Position numbers and translations under genes: made by a program
Notes under the pieces: generated by a model
What the model was told of the DNA's origin: nothing
Databases searched by the model: none
Seen by the model: only the letters and a program-made list of their open reading frames with translations
Origin: Psychrobacter cryohalolentis K5
Lineage (GTDB): Bacteria > Pseudomonadota > Gammaproteobacteria > Pseudomonadales > Moraxellaceae
Direction: 5' to 3'
DNA length: 32,000 nucleotides
Assembly (NCBI RefSeq): GCF_000013905.1
Contig: NC_007969.1
Location: 1,050,001 to 1,082,000 of the forward strand
Shown: piece by piece, positions 9,253-18,107 of the stretch
How the letters are laid out: every line of letters begins with the position of its first letter
Numbering within the stretch: the stretch's first letter is position 1

Positions 9253-10743
9253 ATGATTAAGCAATATATGTCAGCCATGGGCGTCGACGAAAGCCAGTAC
9301 CAAGCAGGCGATTTCGCAGTTCATAGCCCTATCGATGGTGAAGTCATCGGTAAGGTCGCTTTGCATCAAGTGAATGATGTCGACACACAAATACAAGATG
9401 CTAAAAAAGCCTTCAAAGAATGGCGTACAGTGCCTGCTCCTAAGCGTGGCGAATTGGTCCGTATTTTAGGCGAAGTGCTCCGTGAGCACAAAGAAGATCT
9501 AGGCGCGCTAGTTTCTCTAGAAGCCGGTAAAATCAAAGAAGAAGGTCTAGGCGAGGTCCAAGAGATGATCGATATCTGCGACTTTGCAGTAGGTCTATCT
9601 CGTCAGCTTTATGGTTTGACTATCGCCTCAGAGCGTCCTGGTCACCACATGCGCGAAACTTGGCAGCCACTCGGCGTCATCGCGGTCATCTCAGCATTTA
9701 ACTTTCCTGTTGCGGTTTGGTCATGGAACACGGCGCTAGCCTTGGTCTGTGGTAACCCTGTCATCTGGAAACCTTCAGAAAAAACCCCTTTAACCGCCAT
9801 CGCTTGCCAAGCGCTATTCGAAAAAGCTTTGGCCAAATTTGGTGATGCGCCTGCCAATCTATCTCAGCTCTTATTGGGTGAAGCCGATGTCGGTAATGCG
9901 TTGGTTGAGCATAAAGATGTGGCTCTCGTCAGTGCGACGGGCAGCACACGTATGGGCAGAATCGTAGGGCCAAAAGTCGCTGAGCGTTTCGGTAAGTCTT
10001 TACTTGAACTTGGTGGTAACAACGCCATGATCCTAACGCCAAGTGCCGATTTAGACCTAGCCTTACGCGGTATTTTATTTTCAGCTGTCGGTACGGCAGG
10101 TCAGCGCTGCACCACGCTACGCCGTTTATTTGTCCACGAATCTGTAAAAGATGACATCTTACCACGCGTAAAAGCCGCTTATTCAACCGTGAGCATCGGT
10201 CATCCACTAGAAGGCAACTTGGTCGGTCCGCTTATCGATGAAGATAGCTTTAATAACATGCAAGATGCCTTGAGTAAAGCCCGTGCAGCCGGCGGTACAG
10301 TGACTGGTGGTGAGCGTGTTTTACAAGATAAGTATCCAAACGCTTACTACGTGACGCCTGCTATTGTTGAGATGGATGCGCAAAATGACGTCGTCCGTCA
10401 TGAGACTTTCGCGCCTATCTTATATGTCATGACCTATACAGAATTCGACGAAGCTTTAGAGCTGCAAAATGACGTACCACAAGGTTTATCTTCTTGCGTC
10501 TTTACCAATGACTTACGTGAAGCTGAGCTGTTCTTAAGTGCCCGCGGTAGTGACTGTGGTATTGCCAACGTCAACATCGGTACCAGCGGTGCTGAGATTG
10601 GTGGCGCATTCGGCGGCGAAAAAGAAACCGGCGGTGGTCGTGAGTCAGGCTCTGATGCGTGGAAAAACTACATGCGTCGTCAGACCAATACGGTCAACTA
10701 CTCAACTGAGCTACCACTAGCACAAGGTATTAATTTCGGTTAA
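9253..10743 (+). CDS. amaB: ALDH7-type aldehyde dehydrogenase (piperideine-6-carboxylate / 2-aminoadipate semialdehyde dehydrogenase, AmaB-like)
   Basis: AGGAG before the ATG. Antiquitin-like strings EAGKIKEEGLGEVQEMIDICDFAVGLSRQLYG and AFNFPVAVWSWN. Catalytic Glu context ELGGNNA and catalytic Cys context GTAGQRCTTLRR. Confidence 0.85.
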   Translation: MIKQYMSAMGVDESQYQAGDFAVHSPIDGEVIGKVALHQVNDVDTQIQDAKKAFKEWRTVPAPKRGELVRILGEVLREHKEDLGALVSLEAGKIKEEGLGEVQEMIDICDFAVGLSRQLYGLTIASERPGHHMRETWQPLGVIAVISAFNFPVAVWSWNTALALVCGNPVIWKPSEKTPLTAIACQALFEKALAKFGDAPANLSQLLLGEADVGNALVEHKDVALVSATGSTRMGRIVGPKVAERFGKSLLELGGNNAMILTPSADLDLALRGILFSAVGTAGQRCTTLRRLFVHESVKDDILPRVKAAYSTVSIGHPLEGNLVGPLIDEDSFNNMQDALSKARAAGGTVTGGERVLQDKYPNAYYVTPAIVEMDAQNDVVRHETFAPILYVMTYTEFDEALELQNDVPQGLSSCVFTNDLREAELFLSARGSDCGIANVNIGTSGAEIGGAFGGEKETGGGRESGSDAWKNYMRRQTNTVNYSTELPLAQGINFG

Positions 10744-10782
10744 TGCAAGCCATAGTTGCTAATGTAAAAGTGTGTTTTTAGC

Positions 10783-10813
10783 CAGTTAAGCGCGCGTTAT
10801 GTGCGCTTAACTG
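10783..10813 (+). terminator. 11-bp GC-rich stem-loop 40 nt after amaB (possible terminator or RNA-stabilising hairpin, non-canonical)
   Basis: CAGTTAAGCGC (10783-10793) pairs perfectly with GCGCTTAACTG (10803-10813). No T-tract follows it. Confidence 0.3.
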
Positions 10814-11167
10814 CCCTTAGCATTACTTGTATCCTTTTAAATTCTGTTTTGAATCTATTTTTAGACCGTCAATAAGCCGCAAAGATAGCGGATAGCCGTT
10901 TTAATTAAGATTACTGTTTAACGCTTTATTTTTTAAACCCTTTTAATGATTCATGAATATCTTTCAAATATTTATTTTGATTGATGGCAATACTTTATTC
11001 TTTAACATGATTATTAAGTTATTGTTTTAATTGATTATTTAATATAAATGCATTTAGAGAAGTGACTTAGGTCACTAGATTGGTTTGCATCTGACCAATG
11101 AGCAACATCGTACGATGACTATATACCAATGGATTTGGTTTTAACTACTAGGATAGGTAGATATATT

Positions 11168-12637
11168 ATGATTGCAGATAAACCTCACAAACCGCATGAC
11201 CCTGATATCGAAGGTTATGATCCTTCTTCTAGCTTCCTGCTAGATATTGCCCCACTGATACTGACTGCCATTATTCTAATGGTGCAATTTTTTGTCTTTA
11301 AAGATTTTACTCCGCATATTCCGCTAGCATGTGGCATCTTGATCACCGGTCTGTTTATGAAGATACGTGGTCGCAGCTGGGATGGTATGGAAGAGCGTTT
11401 TTTAAAGGTTGTGAAAATTGGTCTGCCTGCCATGATCATCTTGATGGGTGTAGGGATGCTCATCGGTGCTTGGATTATCGCCGGCACTGTACCCACTATT
11501 TTATACTACGGCTTTAGTGTTTTTTCTCCCTCCTCATTTCTAGTCTCTGTTTGTCTTATTTGTGCCATTATTTCAGTAGCAACGGGTACCTCTTGGGGCA
11601 CGGTTGGCACAGTCGGTTTAGCTATGATGGGTATTGGTTTGGGGTTAGGTATTCCACCGTCACTAACAGGTGGTGCCATCGTCTCTGGTGCTTTTTTTGG
11701 CGACAAAATGTCTCCGTTGTCTGACACCACGAACTTAACACCAGCTGCTGCCGGTGTTGACCTCTGGGACCATATCCGTGGCATGTTGCCGACGACTGTA
11801 CCTGCCATGGTGACTGCTCTGATTCTCTATGCTTGGATTGGTATGAGCTACGGCGCAGACAATGTCGATCTCACCTCAATCAAAGAAATACAAACCTCAT
11901 TAGCAGCGAACTATAACCTGAGCATTATTACTTTATTACCTGCTGTTGTCGTCGTCATTGCAGCTGTTATGAAAATGCCAGCCATTCCAACGGTATTGTC
12001 AGGTGTGGTAGTCGCAGGTCTTGTCGCATTCTTTATGCAAGGCGTCGGTGTCCATGACATCTTTAACGTCCTACAAAACGGTTTTAAAAGTGAGACCGGC
12101 TTTGCTGTGGTCGATCAACTGTTGTCTAAAGGTGGCGTGATGTCCATGACTTGGGTCGTGACCTTAACTATCTTTGCACTAGCTTTTGTCGGTTCAATTG
12201 AGCATTACGGTACATTAAAAGCCATCATGGCCAAAATCAACAACATGGTGAAATCGAGATTTGGTTTAGTGATTACGACTTATGCCAGTACCATCGGTGT
12301 TGGTACGCTTATCGGTGATGTCTATACCACGCTAGTCTTACCGGGTCGTCTGCTCAAAGATAAGTATAAAGAGATGGGTTACAAGCGCACGACGCTTACT
12401 CGCTCTATCGAAGATACGGGTACGCTGTTATCGCCACTTATTCCTTGGAATATGGGCGGTAGCTTTGTCGCGGCAACCCTAGGTATTGCGACCTTAACTT
12501 ACGCTCCATTCGCCTTTGCCTGCTGGTTATCACCATTGTTTGGCTTGCTATGGGTCGTCTTAAATAAATTTATTCCTCGTGAAAAACCGACTGTCATCGA
12601 TAACACAAGCACGCTCTCTACCGTAGAAAACGTATAA
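11168..12637 (+). CDS. NhaC-family (Na+/H+ antiporter superfamily) membrane transporter
   Basis: About 12 hydrophobic segments. Strings GTSWGTVGTVG and FFGDKMSPLSDTTNL are typical of the NhaC C-terminal domain family. I prefer the ATG at 11168 to the track start at 11129. Confidence 0.8.
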   Translation: MIADKPHKPHDPDIEGYDPSSSFLLDIAPLILTAIILMVQFFVFKDFTPHIPLACGILITGLFMKIRGRSWDGMEERFLKVVKIGLPAMIILMGVGMLIGAWIIAGTVPTILYYGFSVFSPSSFLVSVCLICAIISVATGTSWGTVGTVGLAMMGIGLGLGIPPSLTGGAIVSGAFFGDKMSPLSDTTNLTPAAAGVDLWDHIRGMLPTTVPAMVTALILYAWIGMSYGADNVDLTSIKEIQTSLAANYNLSIITLLPAVVVVIAAVMKMPAIPTVLSGVVVAGLVAFFMQGVGVHDIFNVLQNGFKSETGFAVVDQLLSKGGVMSMTWVVTLTIFALAFVGSIEHYGTLKAIMAKINNMVKSRFGLVITTYASTIGVGTLIGDVYTTLVLPGRLLKDKYKEMGYKRTTLTRSIEDTGTLLSPLIPWNMGGSFVAATLGIATLTYAPFAFACWLSPLFGLLWVVLNKFIPREKPTVIDNTSTLSTVENV

Positions 12638-12654
12638 TTTAGAAGGAACTTGAG

Positions 12655-13941
12655 ATGTTGCAAGAGCAATGTTTGTGGAGCGTCACTGCGCCCAAAACTC
12701 ACCACTACGATACCCTAACAAGCGAAACGCAAACACGAGTTTGTATCATCGGCGGTGGTTATACTGGACTGTCTGCTGCGATCCATCTGGCGGAGCAAGG
12801 AGTGGCGGTGGTGTTACTAGAGAGTAAGATCATCGGTAGCGGCGGCTCAGGACGCAATGTGGGTTTTGTGAATGCCGGTACTTGGGCTCGTCCTGATGAC
12901 CTCAATAAAATCATGGGAGAAGAGGTTGGTGAACGTTTAGGGACTGCGCTCGGTCAGGCGCCAAGTCTCGTGTTTGACATCATCGATCGCCATCATATTG
13001 ATGCAAAGGATACGCGTACGGGCAATATCCATATGGCACACAATGCCAAGGGTGAAGCCGATGTGGACATCCGTTATGATCAGTTGATACGTCGCGGTGT
13101 TCATGCCGAGGTGTTAACCGGTGCGCGCTGCCATGAATACTGCGGGACAACCAGTATCAATAAGGCTCTGCTCGATCATCGTGCGGGCACTATTAACCCA
13201 TCCGCATACGTCAATGGCTTAGCGGCAGCCGCGACTAAATTAGGCGTACGTATCTATGAGCACTCGGCAGTAACCTCAGTTGAGAAATCTGATGGTAATT
13301 GGTATGTGCGTACGGCTGATGCGGCAGTGAAAGCTGAAAAAGTCATCATCGCGACCAATGCTTATACCGAAGGCGAATGGACAGATATTAAGAAGACGTT
13401 CTATTTGGTTGATTATTATCAAATTGCCTCTGAGCCATTGACCGGTGAAGTGGCAGATCGAATATTGCCTTATAAAACAGGCGCTTGGGATACGCGATTG
13501 GCATTGTCCAGTATTCGCCGTGATAAAGAGGGTCGTTTACTCCTTGGCACCGTCGGTGGCAAAGCCATGAAGTCCAAAACCTTCTATCAAAACTGGGCGA
13601 ATGTCGTACAAAAGAGCTATTTCCCAGATCTGCCTAAATTTAAGTGGCAGTATGAGTGGTACGGTCACTTTGGCTTTACGCAAGACCATATCATGCGTAT
13701 CTTTGAGCCAGAAGACGGTATCCTTGCCGCGACTGCATACAATGGGCGTGGGATTACCACAGGTACTATGATTGGTAAATGCTTTGCCGATTATATTATC
13801 TCAGGTGACCGCGATGTCTTGCCATTACCTTTTAAGACCGTTAAAGAAGCTAAGGTGAGCATGTCGGGACTGCGTTCGGGCTATACGGAGCTGGGGCTGA
13901 CTTTGTATCATATGGGTCAATGTCTCAAAATCATAGCCTAG
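12655..13941 (+). CDS. FAD-dependent oxidoreductase, DAO family (PuuB/OrdL-like; candidate L-pipecolate oxidase, AmaA-like)
   Basis: Dinucleotide-binding motif VCIIGGGYTGLSAAIHLAEQG followed by GSGGSGRNVG. Begins 17 nt after the transporter stop, behind GAAGGAA. Confidence 0.75.
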   Translation: MLQEQCLWSVTAPKTHHYDTLTSETQTRVCIIGGGYTGLSAAIHLAEQGVAVVLLESKIIGSGGSGRNVGFVNAGTWARPDDLNKIMGEEVGERLGTALGQAPSLVFDIIDRHHIDAKDTRTGNIHMAHNAKGEADVDIRYDQLIRRGVHAEVLTGARCHEYCGTTSINKALLDHRAGTINPSAYVNGLAAAATKLGVRIYEHSAVTSVEKSDGNWYVRTADAAVKAEKVIIATNAYTEGEWTDIKKTFYLVDYYQIASEPLTGEVADRILPYKTGAWDTRLALSSIRRDKEGRLLLGTVGGKAMKSKTFYQNWANVVQKSYFPDLPKFKWQYEWYGHFGFTQDHIMRIFEPEDGILAATAYNGRGITTGTMIGKCFADYIISGDRDVLPLPFKTVKEAKVSMSGLRSGYTELGLTLYHMGQCLKIIA

Positions 13942-14032
13942 TTTTTTGACGCAGGGCGTTGTGTTTATTTATTGCCGCCGCTGATCTGGCAGAGAGATTA
14001 AGTGAACGGCACACTGCTTTTATTTATTTGGA

Positions 14033-15499
14033 GTGTATATTGTGACTGATTTTTCAGCACTGCCTACTTTAGAAGCTGGGCATGCTTTAACCACGCTAGC
14101 ATTGACTGAGCAAGTATTGTCTATATTGCAAGAGCAGCATGGTTATGATGCATCACAGATTAAGACGGATACTGTGAGTCTAGAGCATTGGGGTAAAGAC
14201 TGGACCAAACATTTTGCGCCAGCACCCTCTGCTATCGTATTTCCGAAATCTACTAAGCAGGTCCAAGCCTTAGTAAAGCTGGCAAATGAGTATAATATTG
14301 TTATCACACCGAGTGGTGGTCGTACTGGGCTATCGGCAGGTGCAGTCGCTAGCAATGGTGAGATAGTCGTCAGCCTAGATAAGATGAATAAAATTGTTCA
14401 GTTTTATCCGGCTGATCGTTTGGTAGAGGTGGAGGCCGGTGTGATTACTGCGCAGCTACAGCAATTTGCCGAAGCGCAGGATTTGTATTATCCGGTTGAT
14501 TTTGCCTCAGCAGGTTCGAGTCAGATCGGTGGTAATATTGGTACCAATGCTGGCGGGATTAAAGTGATTCGCTATGGCATGACACGTCAATGGGTAATGG
14601 GTCTAACTGTCGTGACGGGCAAAGGTGATATCCTTAAGCTGAATCGAGGCATGATTAAAAACGCTACTGGCTATGATTTACGTCAATTATTTATTGGCGC
14701 TGAAGGCACATTAGGTATCGTCACCGAAGCACAAATGAAGCTCAACCGTCCACCCCAAGATTTGACCGTGATGGTGCTCGGCATGGATGAATTTGACCAT
14801 GTGATGCAGGTGTTAGCGGCTTTTCAAGCACAAATTGATTTGACTGCGTTTGAGTTCTTTGATGAGGTGGCGGTTGATAAATTAATGGCGACTGGGCATG
14901 TGCAAGAGCCGTTTGAAGCTCGAACCAAATACTACGTTTTATTAGAATTCGAAGCGCCGTATGAGCCGATTATGGATAAGGCGATGGCTATCTTTGAAGA
15001 CTGTATGGATAATGGTTGGATAGTTGATGGGGTAATGAGTCAGAGTATGGCTCAGGCGATGGACTTGTGGAAGCTGCGCGAGTATATCTCTGAGACGATT
15101 TCAGTATTCACGCCGTATAAAAATGACATATCAGTACTCATCAGCCATGTGCCAAACTTTATCCATGATATAGAAACGATCGTAAACGCCAAATATCCAG
15201 ATTTTGAGATTTGCTGGTTTGGACATATTGGTGATGGCAACTTGCATCTCAATATTTTAAAGCCCGAGAATTTATCGAAAGATGAATTCTTTGGGCAATG
15301 CCAGACGGTAAATAATTCTATCTTTGAGGTAGTACAGAAGTATGGTGGTTCGATCTCAGCAGAACATGGCGTGGGTATGACTAAAAAGCCTTATCTACAC
15401 TATAGCCGTAGCGAAACCGAGATTGATTATCTGCGTGAGATTAAGAAAGTGCTCGATCCCAATGGTATTATGAATCGCGGCAAGATTTTTGATCTTTAG
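14033..15499 (+). CDS. FAD-linked oxidase (GlcD / D-2-hydroxyglutarate dehydrogenase-like)
   Basis: FAD_binding_4-type strings ITPSGGRTGLSAGAV and GGNIGTNAGG. C-terminal FAD-oxidase string ISAEHGVGMTKK. The start is uncertain (GTG at 14033 or at 14042). Confidence 0.75.
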   Translation: MYIVTDFSALPTLEAGHALTTLALTEQVLSILQEQHGYDASQIKTDTVSLEHWGKDWTKHFAPAPSAIVFPKSTKQVQALVKLANEYNIVITPSGGRTGLSAGAVASNGEIVVSLDKMNKIVQFYPADRLVEVEAGVITAQLQQFAEAQDLYYPVDFASAGSSQIGGNIGTNAGGIKVIRYGMTRQWVMGLTVVTGKGDILKLNRGMIKNATGYDLRQLFIGAEGTLGIVTEAQMKLNRPPQDLTVMVLGMDEFDHVMQVLAAFQAQIDLTAFEFFDEVAVDKLMATGHVQEPFEARTKYYVLLEFEAPYEPIMDKAMAIFEDCMDNGWIVDGVMSQSMAQAMDLWKLREYISETISVFTPYKNDISVLISHVPNFIHDIETIVNAKYPDFEICWFGHIGDGNLHLNILKPENLSKDEFFGQCQTVNNSIFEVVQKYGGSISAEHGVGMTKKPYLHYSRSETEIDYLREIKKVLDPNGIMNRGKIFDL

Positions 15500-15557
15500 T
15501 TGAATGGTATCGTAATCAACTAAGACTTATTTTTAATAAAAACTATAAGGAACTCTC

Positions 15558-16583
15558 ATGCATATTTTAGACAGCAAAACGGTAAAGAGTCAATTGACAA
15601 TGACCATGGCTATCGACTCAATCGAGCAGCTGTTGACCTTACAAGTGCAGCATCCAGAGTGGATTAAGTGCCCTGAGCGCTTGGTCATTCCAACTTTCAC
15701 TGCCAGTGATAAAAACAGTGGCTCACATCTATCGATGCCTTCAGTATTGTTCGACGGTCATGAAGAATTTGCTATCGTTAAACTGGTCACTATTTGTCCA
15801 GATAATCCAAAGCGAAATCTACCGACGACTACCGCTGTGGTGAGTGTCTCAAACAATGATACGGGTGAAATCCTTGCCTTCATGGATGGTGTTTATGTCA
15901 CTCAAGTACGTACGGCAGCGCTATCAGGTATCGCAAGTAAGTATCTAGCAAAGCCAGATAGCCAGCAAGTGTCAGTCATCGGCTGTGGCGGGATGGCGTA
16001 TGAGCAGCTGAATGCTGTGCTCACTGTATGTCCAAATATCAAAAAGGTAACGCTATGGAATCGAGCTGCTAAGGGTGCAAATACCTTTAAAACACAGTTT
16101 TCTGAACAGTATCCAGAATGGTCGGTCACCATCGAAGTCTGCGAAGATATCGCGAGCGCTGTAAAAGATGCCGATGTGATTAACTTGGCGACACGTGCAA
16201 CCGAAGGCTTGTTTGAGATAAACCAAATTAAAGCCGATGTACATATTAATGCGGTAGGCGCTTATCAACCTGAGATGAAAGAAGTCAGTGATTCCGTCAT
16301 TGAAGCCTGCTCACACGTTTTCATCGATGATATCGCGGGCGGACGTCATGAAGCGGGCGATTTAATTCAAGCAGATGCTGCTGAGGGTTGTAGTTGGACT
16401 TGGGACGATTTAAGTGGCGATTTAGCGGACTTGGTCACAAAAAATATTACTATCAATCAATATAAAAAAGGCATCACCCTGTTCAAATCTGTTGGGGCTG
16501 CCAGTTTTGATGCGGCAGTCGCTTTGAAAGTTGCTCAAAAAGCTAAAGACGAAGGTTTGGGTCAGCTGATTACTTGGGGGTAG
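15558..16583 (+). CDS. ornithine cyclodeaminase / mu-crystallin family protein (candidate ketimine (P2C) reductase or lysine cyclodeaminase)
   Basis: Family-typical layout, with Rossmann motif VSVIGCGGMAYEQL and TQVRTAALSG just before it. AAGGAA precedes the ATG. Confidence 0.8.
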   Translation: MHILDSKTVKSQLTMTMAIDSIEQLLTLQVQHPEWIKCPERLVIPTFTASDKNSGSHLSMPSVLFDGHEEFAIVKLVTICPDNPKRNLPTTTAVVSVSNNDTGEILAFMDGVYVTQVRTAALSGIASKYLAKPDSQQVSVIGCGGMAYEQLNAVLTVCPNIKKVTLWNRAAKGANTFKTQFSEQYPEWSVTIEVCEDIASAVKDADVINLATRATEGLFEINQIKADVHINAVGAYQPEMKEVSDSVIEACSHVFIDDIAGGRHEAGDLIQADAAEGCSWTWDDLSGDLADLVTKNITINQYKKGITLFKSVGAASFDAAVALKVAQKAKDEGLGQLITWG

Positions 16584-16587
16584 TGAT

Positions 16588-17841
16588 ATGCGCTATGACG
16601 TTATTGTGATTGGTGCCGGCATAGTAGGAACCTCTATTGCTTGGCATCTGCAGAAAAACAATGCTCAAGTTCTCTTGCTAGATAAAAAATGCCCAGGAGA
16701 AGAAACTTCCTATGGTAATGCCGGTATCATTACAAGAGAGGCGGTAAATACAAAACCGTTCCCTAGAAGTTTTAAAGAAATATCTAGAGTATTACCCAAT
16801 AAAAGTGCTGATATTCGATACCGTTGGTCTGCAATATATCGTCTTCAGCGCCCGTTATTACAGTATTGGATTCACTCAAGTCCAAAAAACGTTGAAGAGA
16901 TTGATGACGAGTGGGCTACGCTTATTCAGCATTGCACAGACGAGCATGAGCCTATGATTAGAGCGTCAGGCGCTGATGAACTGGTCAGTAAAATAGGTTG
17001 GATTGAGCTTCATTGTAAATCAAGTAGTTTTGAAAAATCCATTAATAAAGCGGTAAAAGCGGCGGATAAAGGCGTGGAGTATCAGGTTCTATCGCTAGCA
17101 GAGCTCCAAGCGCTAGAGCCAAATGTGAACTTTACAGATTATGTCGGTGGTATACACTGGAAAAACTCTTGGCAGATAAAAAATCCCGGCAGTCTTGTGA
17201 AAGCATATGCTAAAAATTTTGAAGCAATGGCAGGAGAAATAAAACAATCCACCGTAAAAAATATGATACAGACAGAAGAGGGCTGGCAGGTCATTACCGA
17301 TAGCGGAACCTACCTATGTCAGAATTTGGTCATTGCTGCTGGTCCTTGGTCAGCTGATCTTATTAAACCATTGGGTTATAAAATTCCTCTATTTCCTATG
17401 CGTGGCTACCATCAACACTTTAAAAGCACCGACCAAAACGCATTTTCTCACAGCTTATTTGATGTAGATAAAGGGTTTGTGATGGGCACAATGGATCAAG
17501 GCGTGAGAATCACGACTGGCGCTGAAATGGCATTGTTAGATGATCCAAAAGATTTTAATCAGTTAGAGACTGTACTGACTTTTGCAAAAAAAGTGTTGCC
17601 GCTTGATGCTGCTGTTGAATCTGAAGCATGGTGTGGGACAAGACCATGCATGCCAGACATGAAGCCAGTTATTGGGCCTGCATCAAAACACGATAATTTA
17701 TGGTTTTCTTTTGGTCATGCTCATCAAGGTCTGACACTTGGACCGGTGACAGGGCGTCTCATTGAAGAGATGATTCATGGTAAGCCATTATTTATTGATG
17801 CTCAGCCGTTTAGTAGTAAACGCTTTGATTCGAATCTTTAA
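16588..17841 (+). CDS. FAD-dependent D-amino-acid dehydrogenase/oxidase family protein (DadA/AmaD-like)
   Basis: N-terminal YDVIVIGAGIVGTSIAWHL. 417 aa. The ATG lies 4 nt after the stop of the preceding gene, so the two are probably co-translated. Confidence 0.8.
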   Translation: MRYDVIVIGAGIVGTSIAWHLQKNNAQVLLLDKKCPGEETSYGNAGIITREAVNTKPFPRSFKEISRVLPNKSADIRYRWSAIYRLQRPLLQYWIHSSPKNVEEIDDEWATLIQHCTDEHEPMIRASGADELVSKIGWIELHCKSSSFEKSINKAVKAADKGVEYQVLSLAELQALEPNVNFTDYVGGIHWKNSWQIKNPGSLVKAYAKNFEAMAGEIKQSTVKNMIQTEEGWQVITDSGTYLCQNLVIAAGPWSADLIKPLGYKIPLFPMRGYHQHFKSTDQNAFSHSLFDVDKGFVMGTMDQGVRITTGAEMALLDDPKDFNQLETVLTFAKKVLPLDAAVESEAWCGTRPCMPDMKPVIGPASKHDNLWFSFGHAHQGLTLGPVTGRLIEEMIHGKPLFIDAQPFSSKRFDSNL

Positions 17842-17979
17842 TAAACATAGATCTTAATAAACGTACCTTTTAACCCCGCTAGACCACATCTTTAACGCCC
17901 TTTACAGGCTTAATATTTATTAAGTCTGTCGTAAAAATATCCGCTACTCCCTCCTTTTTCTACTATAAAACTAGCAACA

Positions 17980-17992
17980 TGAATTTTATTCA
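17980..17992. promoter_or_regulatory. candidate MetR-type box upstream of mesX
   Basis: TGAATTTTATTCA fits the MetR consensus TGAA-N5-TTCA. It lies about 115 nt upstream of the mesX ATG in an AT-rich leader. Confidence 0.3.
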
Positions 17993-18107
17993 TCTTTAAT
18001 TTAAATAGTATCATTTTTATTCATGTTTTGGTTCGGGTATGATTCATCTCATACACAAATTCGGTTTTATCTCAAATAATGAGATTAGATTAAGGTAGCG
18101 AATTATC

